A stretch of DNA of 64,000 bases from Erysipelotrichaceae bacterium (GCA_028723085.1 JAQYFP010000181.1:2053-66052), one strand, 5' to 3'; counted from the first letter of the stretch, positions 28,960 to 40,055 are shown. Made by a program: numbers and translations. Notes: generated by a model from the sequence alone, not told the origin.

Positions 28960-30916
28960 TTTCTAACTCCTTTAATTTTCGATCAATATTGTCACTTGAA
29001 AAGCCTTTACGAATACAGTACATTCGTATTTTATATAATCGCGTACTATCTTCAAAACGAGCATACATGCGATTGGCTTTTTGAATTGATTGTTCTAAAG
29101 AAGCTTCATCAAAGTCTTCTTTAAATTCAATTTGGTCAAGGGCATACTGTGCATCTTCATAACTGAACCCAGCATACATACATTTACGAATTGCGGTTTT
29201 TTGAAATAAACTAAGTGATTGAGAATTTTTTGATTGTTGGCAAATCTTATTCATAAACACAACCGCATTTTCTCTATCCTTATCTTTATCTAATTTAGAA
29301 ATAGCTTCTTGTATAAAGTCCTCCGAAATATGAAATGAACGTAATTTAGAAGCTATATCATTAATACTTTTCCCAGTGTGCTGCCAATAATTAGCTTTTT
29401 CAATGGCATATAGACGATCATCCAACAACAAGTTATGTTGAAGCATATGAACAATCACATCACTGTCTTCGTCATTTAAATTCAGGTTTCGTTTACAATA
29501 TTGTTGTACAGTATATGTACAACAATCTATTTTTAATATATGTTTTTTAGCTTTCAAATAAGCTGTATAAATAGATTGAAGTTCTAAATAATTGTTGTAT
29601 AAATCAATATCAATAATCGAATCAATACTCATTTGAAGGTCAATGTAATCTTCAAATGGAACAAGTAAAGTACTTTCTTGTCCTTCGCGTTCGAAGGTAA
29701 TATTCACAAAATCATCAGAATTCACAACTCGGATAATTTTATATTGTTTTTGATATTGATTTAAAGCGTATTCATACACATTTAATATACTTTTTCCAAA
29801 TGTTTCCGTATCATAGGATAATGTCTTTTCAATGCATTGTTGACTAGTTGCTTCTCTGATTTCTTTTGGTTTAGTAAAGAATTCATCAAATTTTTTAGCT
29901 AGTTCTTGTTCATCATCAAAATAATAACCCGTTGTTCCTTCTTCAATTAATTCCTCTAATACTTCATCACGACGTCCAAAAATACATAAACCACTAGCGA
30001 GTGCTTCAATATAAGTCATTCCTTGGGTTTCGGATGTTGAGGCGGATACAAAGCAATCAAATGCGGAATAGTAATATGGTACCATAGGTTTATCAATCAT
30101 GCCGGTAAAATGAACACGATCGTCTACTTTTAATTCTTTTGCTAAGTTTTGATAGAATTCTAAATCTGTTCCTTTTCCAACTATTACCAAATGAATGGAT
30201 TGATCTTTACATAAACTTAACGCTTTGATTGGAATATCAATTGCTTTTTCTTTGGCAATACGACCTACAAATGTCACAACATGATCGTCTTTTGTTAGAT
30301 TTAAAGAAGATCGAATAGATGCCAATATCGATGGGTCTAATTTACTTCGATCGAAGTGACTTAAATCTAATCCTGTTGGAACTACAAAAATAGGTGAAGT
30401 AGCACCGTATTCCAATAATCTATTTTTAGTTTTTTGACTTGGAGCAATAACCGCTTCACTGTGATTTACCCAATATTTGGAAAACTTACGAATAATAAGT
30501 TTCTCTCCTTCGTCTACTAGTTCAATGTCTAATGGATTTAAATAATGTGTATAGTCTTCATACATTGTATGATATGTATAAACAATAGGAATTTGGCATT
30601 GTTTAGCCATAAGACGAGCAAACATTCCAATTCCTGCTTCTGTATTTATATGAATGATATCTAAATTCATTTCATGAATATATTCGGCTCCTTTAAATTG
30701 AATAGGACTCGATAATTTATATCCATAAAACTTCTTTAATTCAATTCCTGGTAACCGTAAAATATGATCGGAATAATCAATATTTGTACCTTTATGATTA
30801 CTAATCACAAATACGGTATGTCCTAATTTCTCAAGTGCATCTTTTAGTGTTGCCACACTAGATACAACCCCATTAATATCGGGATAATAAGCATCTGAAA
30901 ATAATCCTATGCGCAT
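28952..30916 (-). CDS. GT4 glycosyltransferase (monoglucosyl-diacylglycerol synthase-like) fused to a C-terminal RecX domain
   Basis: N-terminus MRIGLFSDAYYPDINGVVSSV, HTMYEDYTHY, VGRIAKEK, SETQGMTYIEALASG; last ~260 aa have RecX-style repeats (LLDDRLYA, GKS..IASKL, AGFSY, YCIRKGFSSDNI). Confidence 0.82.
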   Translation of the reverse strand: MRIGLFSDAYYPDINGVVSSVATLKDALEKLGHTVFVISNHKGTNIDYSDHILRLPGIELKKFYGYKLSSPIQFKGAEYIHEMNLDIIHINTEAGIGMFARLMAKQCQIPIVYTYHTMYEDYTHYLNPLDIELVDEGEKLIIRKFSKYWVNHSEAVIAPSQKTKNRLLEYGATSPIFVVPTGLDLSHFDRSKLDPSILASIRSSLNLTKDDHVVTFVGRIAKEKAIDIPIKALSLCKDQSIHLVIVGKGTDLEFYQNLAKELKVDDRVHFTGMIDKPMVPYYYSAFDCFVSASTSETQGMTYIEALASGLCIFGRRDEVLEELIEEGTTGYYFDDEQELAKKFDEFFTKPKEIREATSQQCIEKTLSYDTETFGKSILNVYEYALNQYQKQYKIIRVVNSDDFVNITFEREGQESTLLVPFEDYIDLQMSIDSIIDIDLYNNYLELQSIYTAYLKAKKHILKIDCCTYTVQQYCKRNLNLNDEDSDVIVHMLQHNLLLDDRLYAIEKANYWQHTGKSINDIASKLRSFHISEDFIQEAISKLDKDKDRENAVVFMNKICQQSKNSQSLSLFQKTAIRKCMYAGFSYEDAQYALDQIEFKEDFDEASLEQSIQKANRMYARFEDSTRLYKIRMYCIRKGFSSDNIDRKLKELEND

Positions 30917-30981
30917 AGTAACACCTCTTTCAAGTATAAATAATATAACAAAATACTCTTAACTTTCAATGAACAAAATCT

Positions 30982-31095
30982 TAAAAAAGAACAAAACCGG
31001 CATAGCCGGCTTTGTTCTTTAAGAAAGGGAATTTGATTATGAAGGGTTATATTAACCCCGTCTCAATTATTGCATACAAAAGTGCGATTGTAAAT
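30982..31095 (-). ncRNA. Candidate small RNA (about 110 nt)
   Basis: No credible ORF; lies between two same-strand terminators; possible promoter TTGTAT-N17-TAATAT (31129-31101); internal hairpin GGGTT-N5-AACCC and C-rich motifs. Confidence 0.4.
30986..31020 (-). terminator. Strong intrinsic terminator
   Basis: AAAGAACAAAGCCGGC-tat-GCCGGTTTTGTTCTTT plus T-run; 16-bp stem, fully paired (one G-U) only on the minus strand. Confidence 0.8.
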
Positions 31096-31137
31096 GCGAA
31101 ATATTACATTTTCGACAAATTTCATACAAAAAAGTAC

Positions 31138-31160
31138 AAAAAAAAAGACCTATTGGCCTT
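31138..31160 (-). terminator. Terminator of the second PTS operon
   Basis: AAGGCC-aata-GGTCTT followed by a long T-run, directly after the stop at 31159. Confidence 0.6.
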
Positions 31161-31497
31161 ATTTTGTCGTTTTTCTTTTCTTACTATCATCGAACATTTT
31201 TATTTTTCTTTGTACGCTTTTTTTACCATTACGATGAGATAGAAAAACTAGTAAAGTAAATACACCACACAAAATAGATCCAATTAATCCAGCCCATTTT
31301 GCGAATGTTCGAAAAGCTTCTGGTGCATTAGGAATTAGTGGATCAACCATTCCAGTCCAACCATAAATTGCCAAGGCAATGAATACGACTGTAAAAATAC
31401 AACCATTACGAATCCAGTTTCCTAATTGTTTTAGTAATTCATATTCTCTTTGAATATCCGATGAAAGCATTTCTCTTTCTTTTCTTGATAATTGCAT
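31159..31497 (-). CDS. Hypothetical 2-TM protein, last gene of the PTS operon
   Basis: Two hydrophobic segments with charged ends; start reassigned to MQLSRK. Confidence 0.6.
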   Translation of the reverse strand: MQLSRKEREMLSSDIQREYELLKQLGNWIRNGCIFTVVFIALAIYGWTGMVDPLIPNAPEAFRTFAKWAGLIGSILCGVFTLLVFLSHRNGKKSVQRKIKMFDDSKKRKTTK

Positions 31498-31570
31498 ACA
31501 ATACCTCATTTCTAAAAAAGAGAAGGGGTGAGTCCTTCTCTTCAAGTTAAAATTATCTTTGTTTAGTCTA

Positions 31571-32386
31571 TTATCCTAAAATTCCGATTACAGATCCAAC
31601 GAATCCTACGACTACCATCAATAATAAACATTTAACAGGTGACATACCTTTCTTAGCCATTAAGTACCAGCATAATAATACGAATACGCATGTCAATAAT
31701 TTTGGATAAGCTTCATCCAATTTTTGTCCTAATGTAATGTCTACACCTTCTGAGTTTTGAGCGATAACAATATTAGTTGAAATGTTAACCCAAGCAGCAG
31801 CCATAGCACCAACGATAACTTGACCCATTGTGATTACAGCGTTACGGAATGCAGTAGCACGATCCCCAACTAATAATTCAACAGCAGATCCACCTAAGTT
31901 GTAACCTAAGAAATAAATGTAGTGTTGGAACCAAATAGAAGTAGCGTTCCATACAACGATATAGAAGATAGGACCGATAGCAGATCCACCTTCAGCGAAT
32001 CCTAAAGCAATACCTAATAAAATTGGAATATATGTACCAACGATTAATGAGTCACCGATACCAGCTAAAGGCCCCATAAGACCAGCACGGATACCATTGA
32101 TCATTTCATCATCGATTCCTTCAGCACCATTAGCACGAGCTTCTTCCAAACCAGCAGTAATACCAACTACGATACAACCAATTTGTGGTTCAGTGTTGAA
32201 GAATGGATAGTAAGTTTGCATTTTTTCACATTGTTCTTCATGTGATGGATACAATTCTTTAATGATAGGTAACATTGACCACATGTATCCAAATGTTTGC
32301 ATGTGTTCGTGAGAGAAACATGTTAAGTTTCCATACCACCAACGCCAGAAGGAACTATTTAAAGTTTTCTTAGAGATTTTTTTCAT
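31571..32386 (-). CDS. Mannose-class PTS IID (substrate unknown)
   Basis: HEHMQTFGY, FFNTEP, GLMGPLAGIGDSL. Confidence 0.9.
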   Translation of the reverse strand: MKKISKKTLNSSFWRWWYGNLTCFSHEHMQTFGYMWSMLPIIKELYPSHEEQCEKMQTYYPFFNTEPQIGCIVVGITAGLEEARANGAEGIDDEMINGIRAGLMGPLAGIGDSLIVGTYIPILLGIALGFAEGGSAIGPIFYIVVWNATSIWFQHYIYFLGYNLGGSAVELLVGDRATAFRNAVITMGQVIVGAMAAAWVNISTNIVIAQNSEGVDITLGQKLDEAYPKLLTCVFVLLCWYLMAKKGMSPVKCLLLMVVVGFVGSVIGILG

Positions 32387-32388
32387 GA

Positions 32389-33219
32389 TTAAATGTCCTC
32401 CTCTTCATCTTCAACAACAGCTGTAGCTGCTCCTAATTTAGCCATTGACATTTCGTATTTAATTAATGCGAATACAGCACCGATACAAGTAGCACCGATT
32501 AATGTTAATCCCATTGAAGCTGCCAATGTGAATCCAAATAAGAAGTATAATAAGTCAGTTGTTTTGTCGATAACTGATTTTAATAAGATAGCGATACCAA
32601 CAGCAGGTAATACTGAACCAACTGTTAAGATAGCTTTAACGTACCAAACATCAGTTGATAAGTTTTCGAATAATGTAGCAACGGCACCAGATCCATAGTA
32701 GCATAATAATGTACATGGTAAGAAAGATAATACGAAGTGTGAAATTAATGGGAATAAAGCATCAACTTTACCAACAACTTCTAAGTTACCTTTATCTAAT
32801 TGAGCCCATCCATAGTGTTGCCAGATTAAGTTCATCATAGCAGTACCATAGAATAATGTAATACCGATAACACCTGTCATAGCTGAAATAGATGATGATA
32901 ATGCGAATGCTTCATCTCCACCTAAATCAAGACCAGCAGCTTTAGCTCCAACGTAAGCTAAAGGAATACCGATGTAAGAAACAGCACGTAAGTCAGATGC
33001 AACAGTTCCACCAGGTGTAACTAATGCGATCCACATAACTTGCATTGGGATACCAATTTGAATAACACCAGAAACATCGCCCATGATTAATCCAACGAAT
33101 AATGAAGCAACCAATGGTCTGTTTAATGTGTAGTTACCAACAGTAGTTCCTAAGCAAGCAATTGTAGAAGCAGCTGTACAAGACATAATACCAATTAAAA
33201 TTGCTTGAAGTAAACTCAT
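32389..33219 (-). CDS. Mannose-class PTS IIC
   Basis: RPLVASLFVGLIMGD, VTPGG, GSVLPAVGIAILL. Confidence 0.9.
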   Translation of the reverse strand: MSLLQAILIGIMSCTAASTIACLGTTVGNYTLNRPLVASLFVGLIMGDVSGVIQIGIPMQVMWIALVTPGGTVASDLRAVSYIGIPLAYVGAKAAGLDLGGDEAFALSSSISAMTGVIGITLFYGTAMMNLIWQHYGWAQLDKGNLEVVGKVDALFPLISHFVLSFLPCTLLCYYGSGAVATLFENLSTDVWYVKAILTVGSVLPAVGIAILLKSVIDKTTDLLYFLFGFTLAASMGLTLIGATCIGAVFALIKYEMSMAKLGAATAVVEDEEEDI

Positions 33220-33313
33220 AAATCTTCTCTCCTTTTTCTATAAGTTTTATATCAAACCCACTATTCCACTCACCTTCATAGCGGTATCTGACCAATTAAA
33301 TTATTTTTTGGGA

Positions 33314-33805
33314 CTAGTAACCAAATTTACCTTTGAATTTATCCCAAGTTCCAATTGAACTTTCTTTAATTAAAGCGAATTCAATTTCATATCCTTTTTG
33401 AGAAATAGCTTCTAATGCATCCGCTTCTTCTTGAGTAATTGATTGGTTTTGACCTAATTTTGTAGCACCTGGACGATCATTACATGGTCCAATGATTAAA
33501 CGTTTAACATCATTTGGTACAAATCCAAAATCAACTAATAATTCTTTCATATCAATTGGGTTTTTAGTGATTAAGAAATATTTTTTTGGAGAATCAAATA
33601 CTTTTTGTGCACTTTCTTTGAAGTGTTCTTTTGTCCAAACAAATACTTTTTTATCTGTACTAGCTTTAAATGATTGTGCTAATACTGGAGTAGTAGCAGC
33701 TTTATCGTTTACTGCTAAGATTCCGTCACAAGGATATTCTTTTGACCATCTTGTAACGATTTGACCGTGGATAATACGATCATCAACACGCATAAATGTA
33801 ATCAT
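33314..33805 (-). CDS. Mannose-class PTS IIB
   Basis: RVDDRIIHGQIVTRW phospho-His motif. Confidence 0.92.
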   Translation of the reverse strand: MITFMRVDDRIIHGQIVTRWSKEYPCDGILAVNDKAATTPVLAQSFKASTDKKVFVWTKEHFKESAQKVFDSPKKYFLITKNPIDMKELLVDFGFVPNDVKRLIIGPCNDRPGATKLGQNQSITQEEADALEAISQKGYEIEFALIKESSIGTWDKFKGKFGY

Positions 33806-33854
33806 TATTTTTCCTCCTATAGATGATTATGTTAACGACTTGCGTTAATGCCTA

Positions 33855-34283
33855 TTATAGATCTTCATCTTCGTCGTTCGCTTCAACAACGAAATCAGTT
33901 AATCCCATTCGACCTTCGCTTAATAATACTTCTTTTAAAGCAGCTAAGTCATCAAAATTATCTTTCATTAATACAGCTGTAATAGCTAATGGCATGTTCA
34001 TTCCAGCGATGATTAAAGTATTATCTAACATACCTTTGTCACTTAATACATTTAATGCATTTGTAAATGGAGAACCACTTAAGATATCTGCTAATAAAAT
34101 AATTTGATCATCAGCATTAATATCTTTTACTAATTCTTTGAAGTTTTCGGCAAATTGATCTGCACTCATATCTTCTTTTAAACTAGTAGATAATACATCT
34201 TCACGGTTTCCAGTCATCATGCGAACTGCTGAATGTAAACCTGGTGCAAATTCACCATGAGATACCATAATTACATACTTCAT
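33855..34283 (-). CDS. Mannose-class PTS IIA
   Basis: IMVSHGEFA, ADILSGSPF, GMNMPL. Confidence 0.92.
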   Translation of the reverse strand: MKYVIMVSHGEFAPGLHSAVRMMTGNREDVLSTSLKEDMSADQFAENFKELVKDINADDQIILLADILSGSPFTNALNVLSDKGMLDNTLIIAGMNMPLAITAVLMKDNFDDLAALKEVLLSEGRMGLTDFVVEANDEDEDL

Positions 34284-34337
34284 ATTATTTTCCTCCGAAA
34301 TCTCTTTATCCTAAGTATAGTGCACTTGAGATGATTA

Positions 34338-34351
34338 ATCAAGCGCTTTCA
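34338..34351. promoter_or_regulatory. cre-like site overlapping the -35 of the second PTS promoter
   Basis: Minus strand TGAAAGCGCTTGAT; overlaps TTGATT (34337-34342), which lies 17 nt from TATACT (34314-34319). Confidence 0.55.
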
Positions 34352-34431
34352 TTTATTTTTCACATAATTCACACAATTTGTGATTTTCTTAGCGTTTGCT
34401 ATTTGTTACATAAACTTGTAAAATTTTTGCA

Positions 34432-34761
34432 TTACGCCATCATTTTTTGAATTATGAAAACAATAATAATAGCTACAATCGGAATCACAAAGATAACCGC
34501 ATATCCTCTAAACACTCGCTTTGAAAGTTTTTGATATCCTGCATCATCATAGTAATACAAATCATTATCAGTATGCCCTACAACACCTTGTTCCACCAAG
34601 TTGGAAATAGTATAACTGATTGTAGCTGTAGTAAGTTTTAAATCTTTAAATTTAGAAACTGGAATGGCTGTTTGTTCACTAACAGCTCCATTTTTCTTAA
34701 ACACATCTAAAACCATTGTTGCAGCCGTAGCCTTAGCACTGGTCCCTCTTTTTTTAGACAT
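34432..34761 (-). CDS. Hypothetical protein: winged-helix-like domain plus C-terminal TM anchor
   Basis: VLDVFKKNGAVS..TISYTISNLVEQGVV..LYYYD followed by one hydrophobic helix. Confidence 0.55.
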   Translation of the reverse strand: MSKKRGTSAKATAATMVLDVFKKNGAVSEQTAIPVSKFKDLKLTTATISYTISNLVEQGVVGHTDNDLYYYDDAGYQKLSKRVFRGYAVIFVIPIVAIIIVFIIQKMMA

Positions 34762-35305
34762 TATGTTTCTCCTTTTGTTTACTCTTTTTCTTTTCTCTAC
34801 GAGTATGAGTACATTCCTCAAGTTTTAATCCTAATTTCTTAGAAACCTCGAATTTTTCTCCATCGGCCATTAAAATACGAATGTTCTTAAACAAACTTCT
34901 CTTTCTAGCTTCAAAGCGAACCATAGAACGGAAACGATAAATCTTATCAACATAGAAGATACCTTCTTCAATAAAGAAACAACGTTTACGTACATACGTT
35001 TCAAAAGCCAATCCCACAAAGATAATACCAATACAAAAATAAGCCAATACCACATAAAATCTTTGATCTACTGTTGTATTTGCATAACAATAGAACGCCA
35101 TCACAAAAGAAAAACCAGCTAATACTCCTGAAGCAATCCATAAAAAGCCATTATCAACGTATAATGTATATTTTTTATGAACTTCTTTAAAGTTCGCAAA
35201 TTTCTTTTGGAAGGTCACAAATAAGCGAATGCTTTTATAGGTAGTATATCCTGTATATCCAACAAAGATCAGACCCACTACTAACTTCACCCATAAAGCG
35301 TCCAT
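34754..35305 (-). CDS. Hypothetical membrane protein (3 TM plus basic soluble domain)
   Basis: Hydrophobic helices followed by a beta-rich basic C-terminus; stop overlaps the next start. Confidence 0.55.
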   Translation of the reverse strand: MDALWVKLVVGLIFVGYTGYTTYKSIRLFVTFQKKFANFKEVHKKYTLYVDNGFLWIASGVLAGFSFVMAFYCYANTTVDQRFYVVLAYFCIGIIFVGLAFETYVRKRCFFIEEGIFYVDKIYRFRSMVRFEARKRSLFKNIRILMADGEKFEVSKKLGLKLEECTHTRREKKKSKQKEKHNV

Positions 35306-35421
35306 ACTCTCTCTCACTCCATTCATTTTTTACGTTTCAATTGTGAATATTATAACATTTATAACGAACACTGTAAAACGATATTACTTTTTGAAAATAC
35401 AAAAAAAATAGGGATGACTCC

Positions 35422-36531
35422 CTATTTAAAAGCACGTTTAAAACGATCAAAAACAGATTCTGATTGTCCATCACGAAGTTCTTCATATAATTCACGTTCT
35501 TTACGAGTAAGTTTCTTAGGAATTTCAATTGAGACTTCTACAAATTGATCTCCTGTACCACGTGCTGTTTTAACACCTTTTCCAGCTAATTTAAAACGTG
35601 TATTAGGTTGTGTTCCTTCTGGAATATTTAATTCACATTCTCCATATACAGTTGGAACATCAATTTTACATCCTAAAATCGCATCTAATGCACTAATAGG
35701 AACCGAAATATTGATATTATTTCCATCACGTTTAAATGTAGGATGAGAACGAACTAAGATTTCTACATATAAATCTCCGTTTGGGCCACCATTTTGTCCA
35801 CGTTCCCCTTTTCCACGAATACGAAGTTGTTGTCCTGATTGAATTCCAGCTGGAATTTTGATATCCACTTTAACTTTCTTGTGTTCATATCCCATTCCAT
35901 TACAAGTATGACACTTACGTGTAACACGTTTTCCTGTTCCTTTACATTCTGGACAAACACTTTGTTGTTGAACAACACCAAATAAACTTTGTTGTTGCGT
36001 TACAACATATCCAGAACCATTACAACGACTACAAGTTACAATGTCACTTGGACTTTGTGCTCCTGTTCCTTTACAATTTGGACATTGTTCATCTACATCC
36101 AAAGAAATTGTTTCTGTCTTTCCTTTAATCGCATCCATGAAATCAATGTGCAATTGCATATAGCGATCTTGACCAGCTCGAGGTGAATTCGAAGCTCTTC
36201 TTGAACCACCAAAACCAGATCCACCAAAGAAGGATGAGAAAATATCATCAAATCCACTGAAATCAGAAAACCCTTGATTGAATCCTTGTTGTCCAAAAGA
36301 TCCATCGACTCCCGCAAATCCATATTGATCATATGCCTTACGTTTTTGTTCATCACTTAAAACTTCATATGCTTCATTGATTTCTTTAAATTTATCCTCG
36401 GCACCTGGTTCTTTATTTCGATCTGGATGATATTTCATGGCCAATTTACGATAAGCCTTTTTAATTTCATCTTGTGAAGCTCCCTTAGATACCCCAAGAA
36501 CCTCATAGTAATCTCTTTTATTATCTGCCAT
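35422..36531 (-). CDS. dnaJ: Chaperone DnaJ
   Basis: J domain with HPD, G/F-rich linker, four CxxCxGxG repeats. Confidence 0.97.
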   Translation of the reverse strand: MADNKRDYYEVLGVSKGASQDEIKKAYRKLAMKYHPDRNKEPGAEDKFKEINEAYEVLSDEQKRKAYDQYGFAGVDGSFGQQGFNQGFSDFSGFDDIFSSFFGGSGFGGSRRASNSPRAGQDRYMQLHIDFMDAIKGKTETISLDVDEQCPNCKGTGAQSPSDIVTCSRCNGSGYVVTQQQSLFGVVQQQSVCPECKGTGKRVTRKCHTCNGMGYEHKKVKVDIKIPAGIQSGQQLRIRGKGERGQNGGPNGDLYVEILVRSHPTFKRDGNNINISVPISALDAILGCKIDVPTVYGECELNIPEGTQPNTRFKLAGKGVKTARGTGDQFVEVSIEIPKKLTRKERELYEELRDGQSESVFDRFKRAFK

Positions 36532-36555
36532 GTTTAATCCTCCTTTAAGCACCAC

Positions 36556-36580
36556 AAAGTTCTAGCAAAGCTAGAACTTT
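36556..36580. terminator. Stem-loop between dnaK and dnaJ
   Basis: AAAGTTCTAGC-aaa-GCTAGAACTTT perfect 11-bp stem; only a short U-tract in the sense direction. Confidence 0.65.
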
Positions 36581-36591
36581 TTTAATTTTTA

Positions 36592-38931
<2,340 letters not shown>

Positions 38932-38939
<8 letters not shown>

Positions 38940-39972
38940 TCTTTCCACCTCCCTTTTTTTGATCATCGTCAAATATATCTTCAATCACATTTGTCATATA
39001 ATCCATCAAACCAACAACCTTTGAATACTGCATACGATTTGGTCCAACTACCATCAATTCACCTTCTTCACCTTGTGAATACTTGAATTTAGCACGAATA
39101 ACTGAACAATCACCAATTTGTAAAAGCTCTTTTTTGTTTCCAATGCTGATGGCATTTTGTTCCTCCGAATGCGTCCACTCACGAATTAATTGACCATTTT
39201 CCAATGTGTTCAAGAATTCTTTAAGTCGATTCATATCACTAAATTCTGGTTGATACAACATATTTGAACGACCTGAGACTTTTACTTTTTCTTGCGCAAA
39301 TCTCATAAACGCTGTCACAAACGCTTGAAATAAAACTTCATGTCTTACCAAATTAGCCGCCATCAAAGGATGAATTTCATTCATTTTTTCTTCAAGTTGA
39401 CTAATTGGCGTTCCAATTAATTGATCATTCAATAAATCCGTACACTTACGAATATCTTCTAGTGAAACATCTTCTTTGAACTGGAATACTTTGTTTTCCG
39501 TATGTCCTTGATCTGTCACAAATATCGCAACAGCACTTTTTGAATTAATAGGAATTAATTGAATGTTTTGAAGTTTTTGTTCTTCACATTCAGGACCCAG
39601 TACAATACTCGTTAAATGCGTCATCTGCGATAAAATATCACAACTCTTATCAATGACATCATCTATTGAGTAATGACGATTTGAAAAATAAGTCTGCAAT
39701 GTCTGTTTCGTTGGAACATCCAAATCCGTTTCCATTAAGTTTTCGACATAATACCGATACCCTTTAGAACTCGGAATACGACCACTTGAAGTATGTGTTT
39801 TTTCTAGTAAACCACATTTCTCCAAAGTTGCCATTTCATTTCGAATTGTCGCCGACGAAACCGGGAAATCCAATAAATTCATCAAAGTTTTCGAGCCAAT
39901 CGGTTCTGCTGTACGAGTAAATTCTTCAACAATTGTTTTAAAAATAACATTTTGTCTATTTGTTAGTCCCAT
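38932..39972 (-). CDS. hrcA: Heat-inducible repressor HrcA
   Basis: EPIGSKTL, SSATIRNEMATLE..HTSSGRIPS.KGYRYYV. Confidence 0.95.
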
Positions 39973-39985
39973 ACGCTCCTCCAAT

Positions 39986-40012
39986 CTAGCACTCATTACC
40001 TTTGTCTGCTAA
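39986..40012. promoter_or_regulatory. CIRCE element 1
   Basis: CTAGCACTC-N9-GTCTGCTAA versus consensus TTAGCACTC-N9-GAGTGCTAA. Confidence 0.8.
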
Positions 40013-40028
40013 CAGTATAGCATATTTT

Positions 40029-40055
40029 TTAGCACCGTCAATATTTTAGTGCTAA
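40029..40055. promoter_or_regulatory. CIRCE element 2, overlapping the -35
   Basis: TTAGCACCG-N9-TAGTGCTAA; contains TTGACG (minus strand, 40036-40041); -10 TATACT at 40014-40019. Confidence 0.8.

Noticed and set aside
30917-31020. LexA (GAAC-N4-GTTC) box upstream of the RecX fusion operon
   Set aside because: GAAC and GTTC occur only as arms of the terminator with the wrong spacing.
31012-31242. 76-aa plus-strand ORF
   Set aside because: It crosses two terminators and overlaps a real gene antisense; composition reflects A/T runs.
33283-33297. Second FadR-type operator (GGTATCTGACCAATT)
   Set aside because: Spacer is 5 nt rather than 3 and the left flank is missing; better explained as part of the intercistronic RNA hairpin.
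33832-33848. TTAACG-N5-CGTTAA hairpin between PTS IIA and IIB
   Set aside because: Only 6 mostly A/T pairs and no U-tract; too weak to call.
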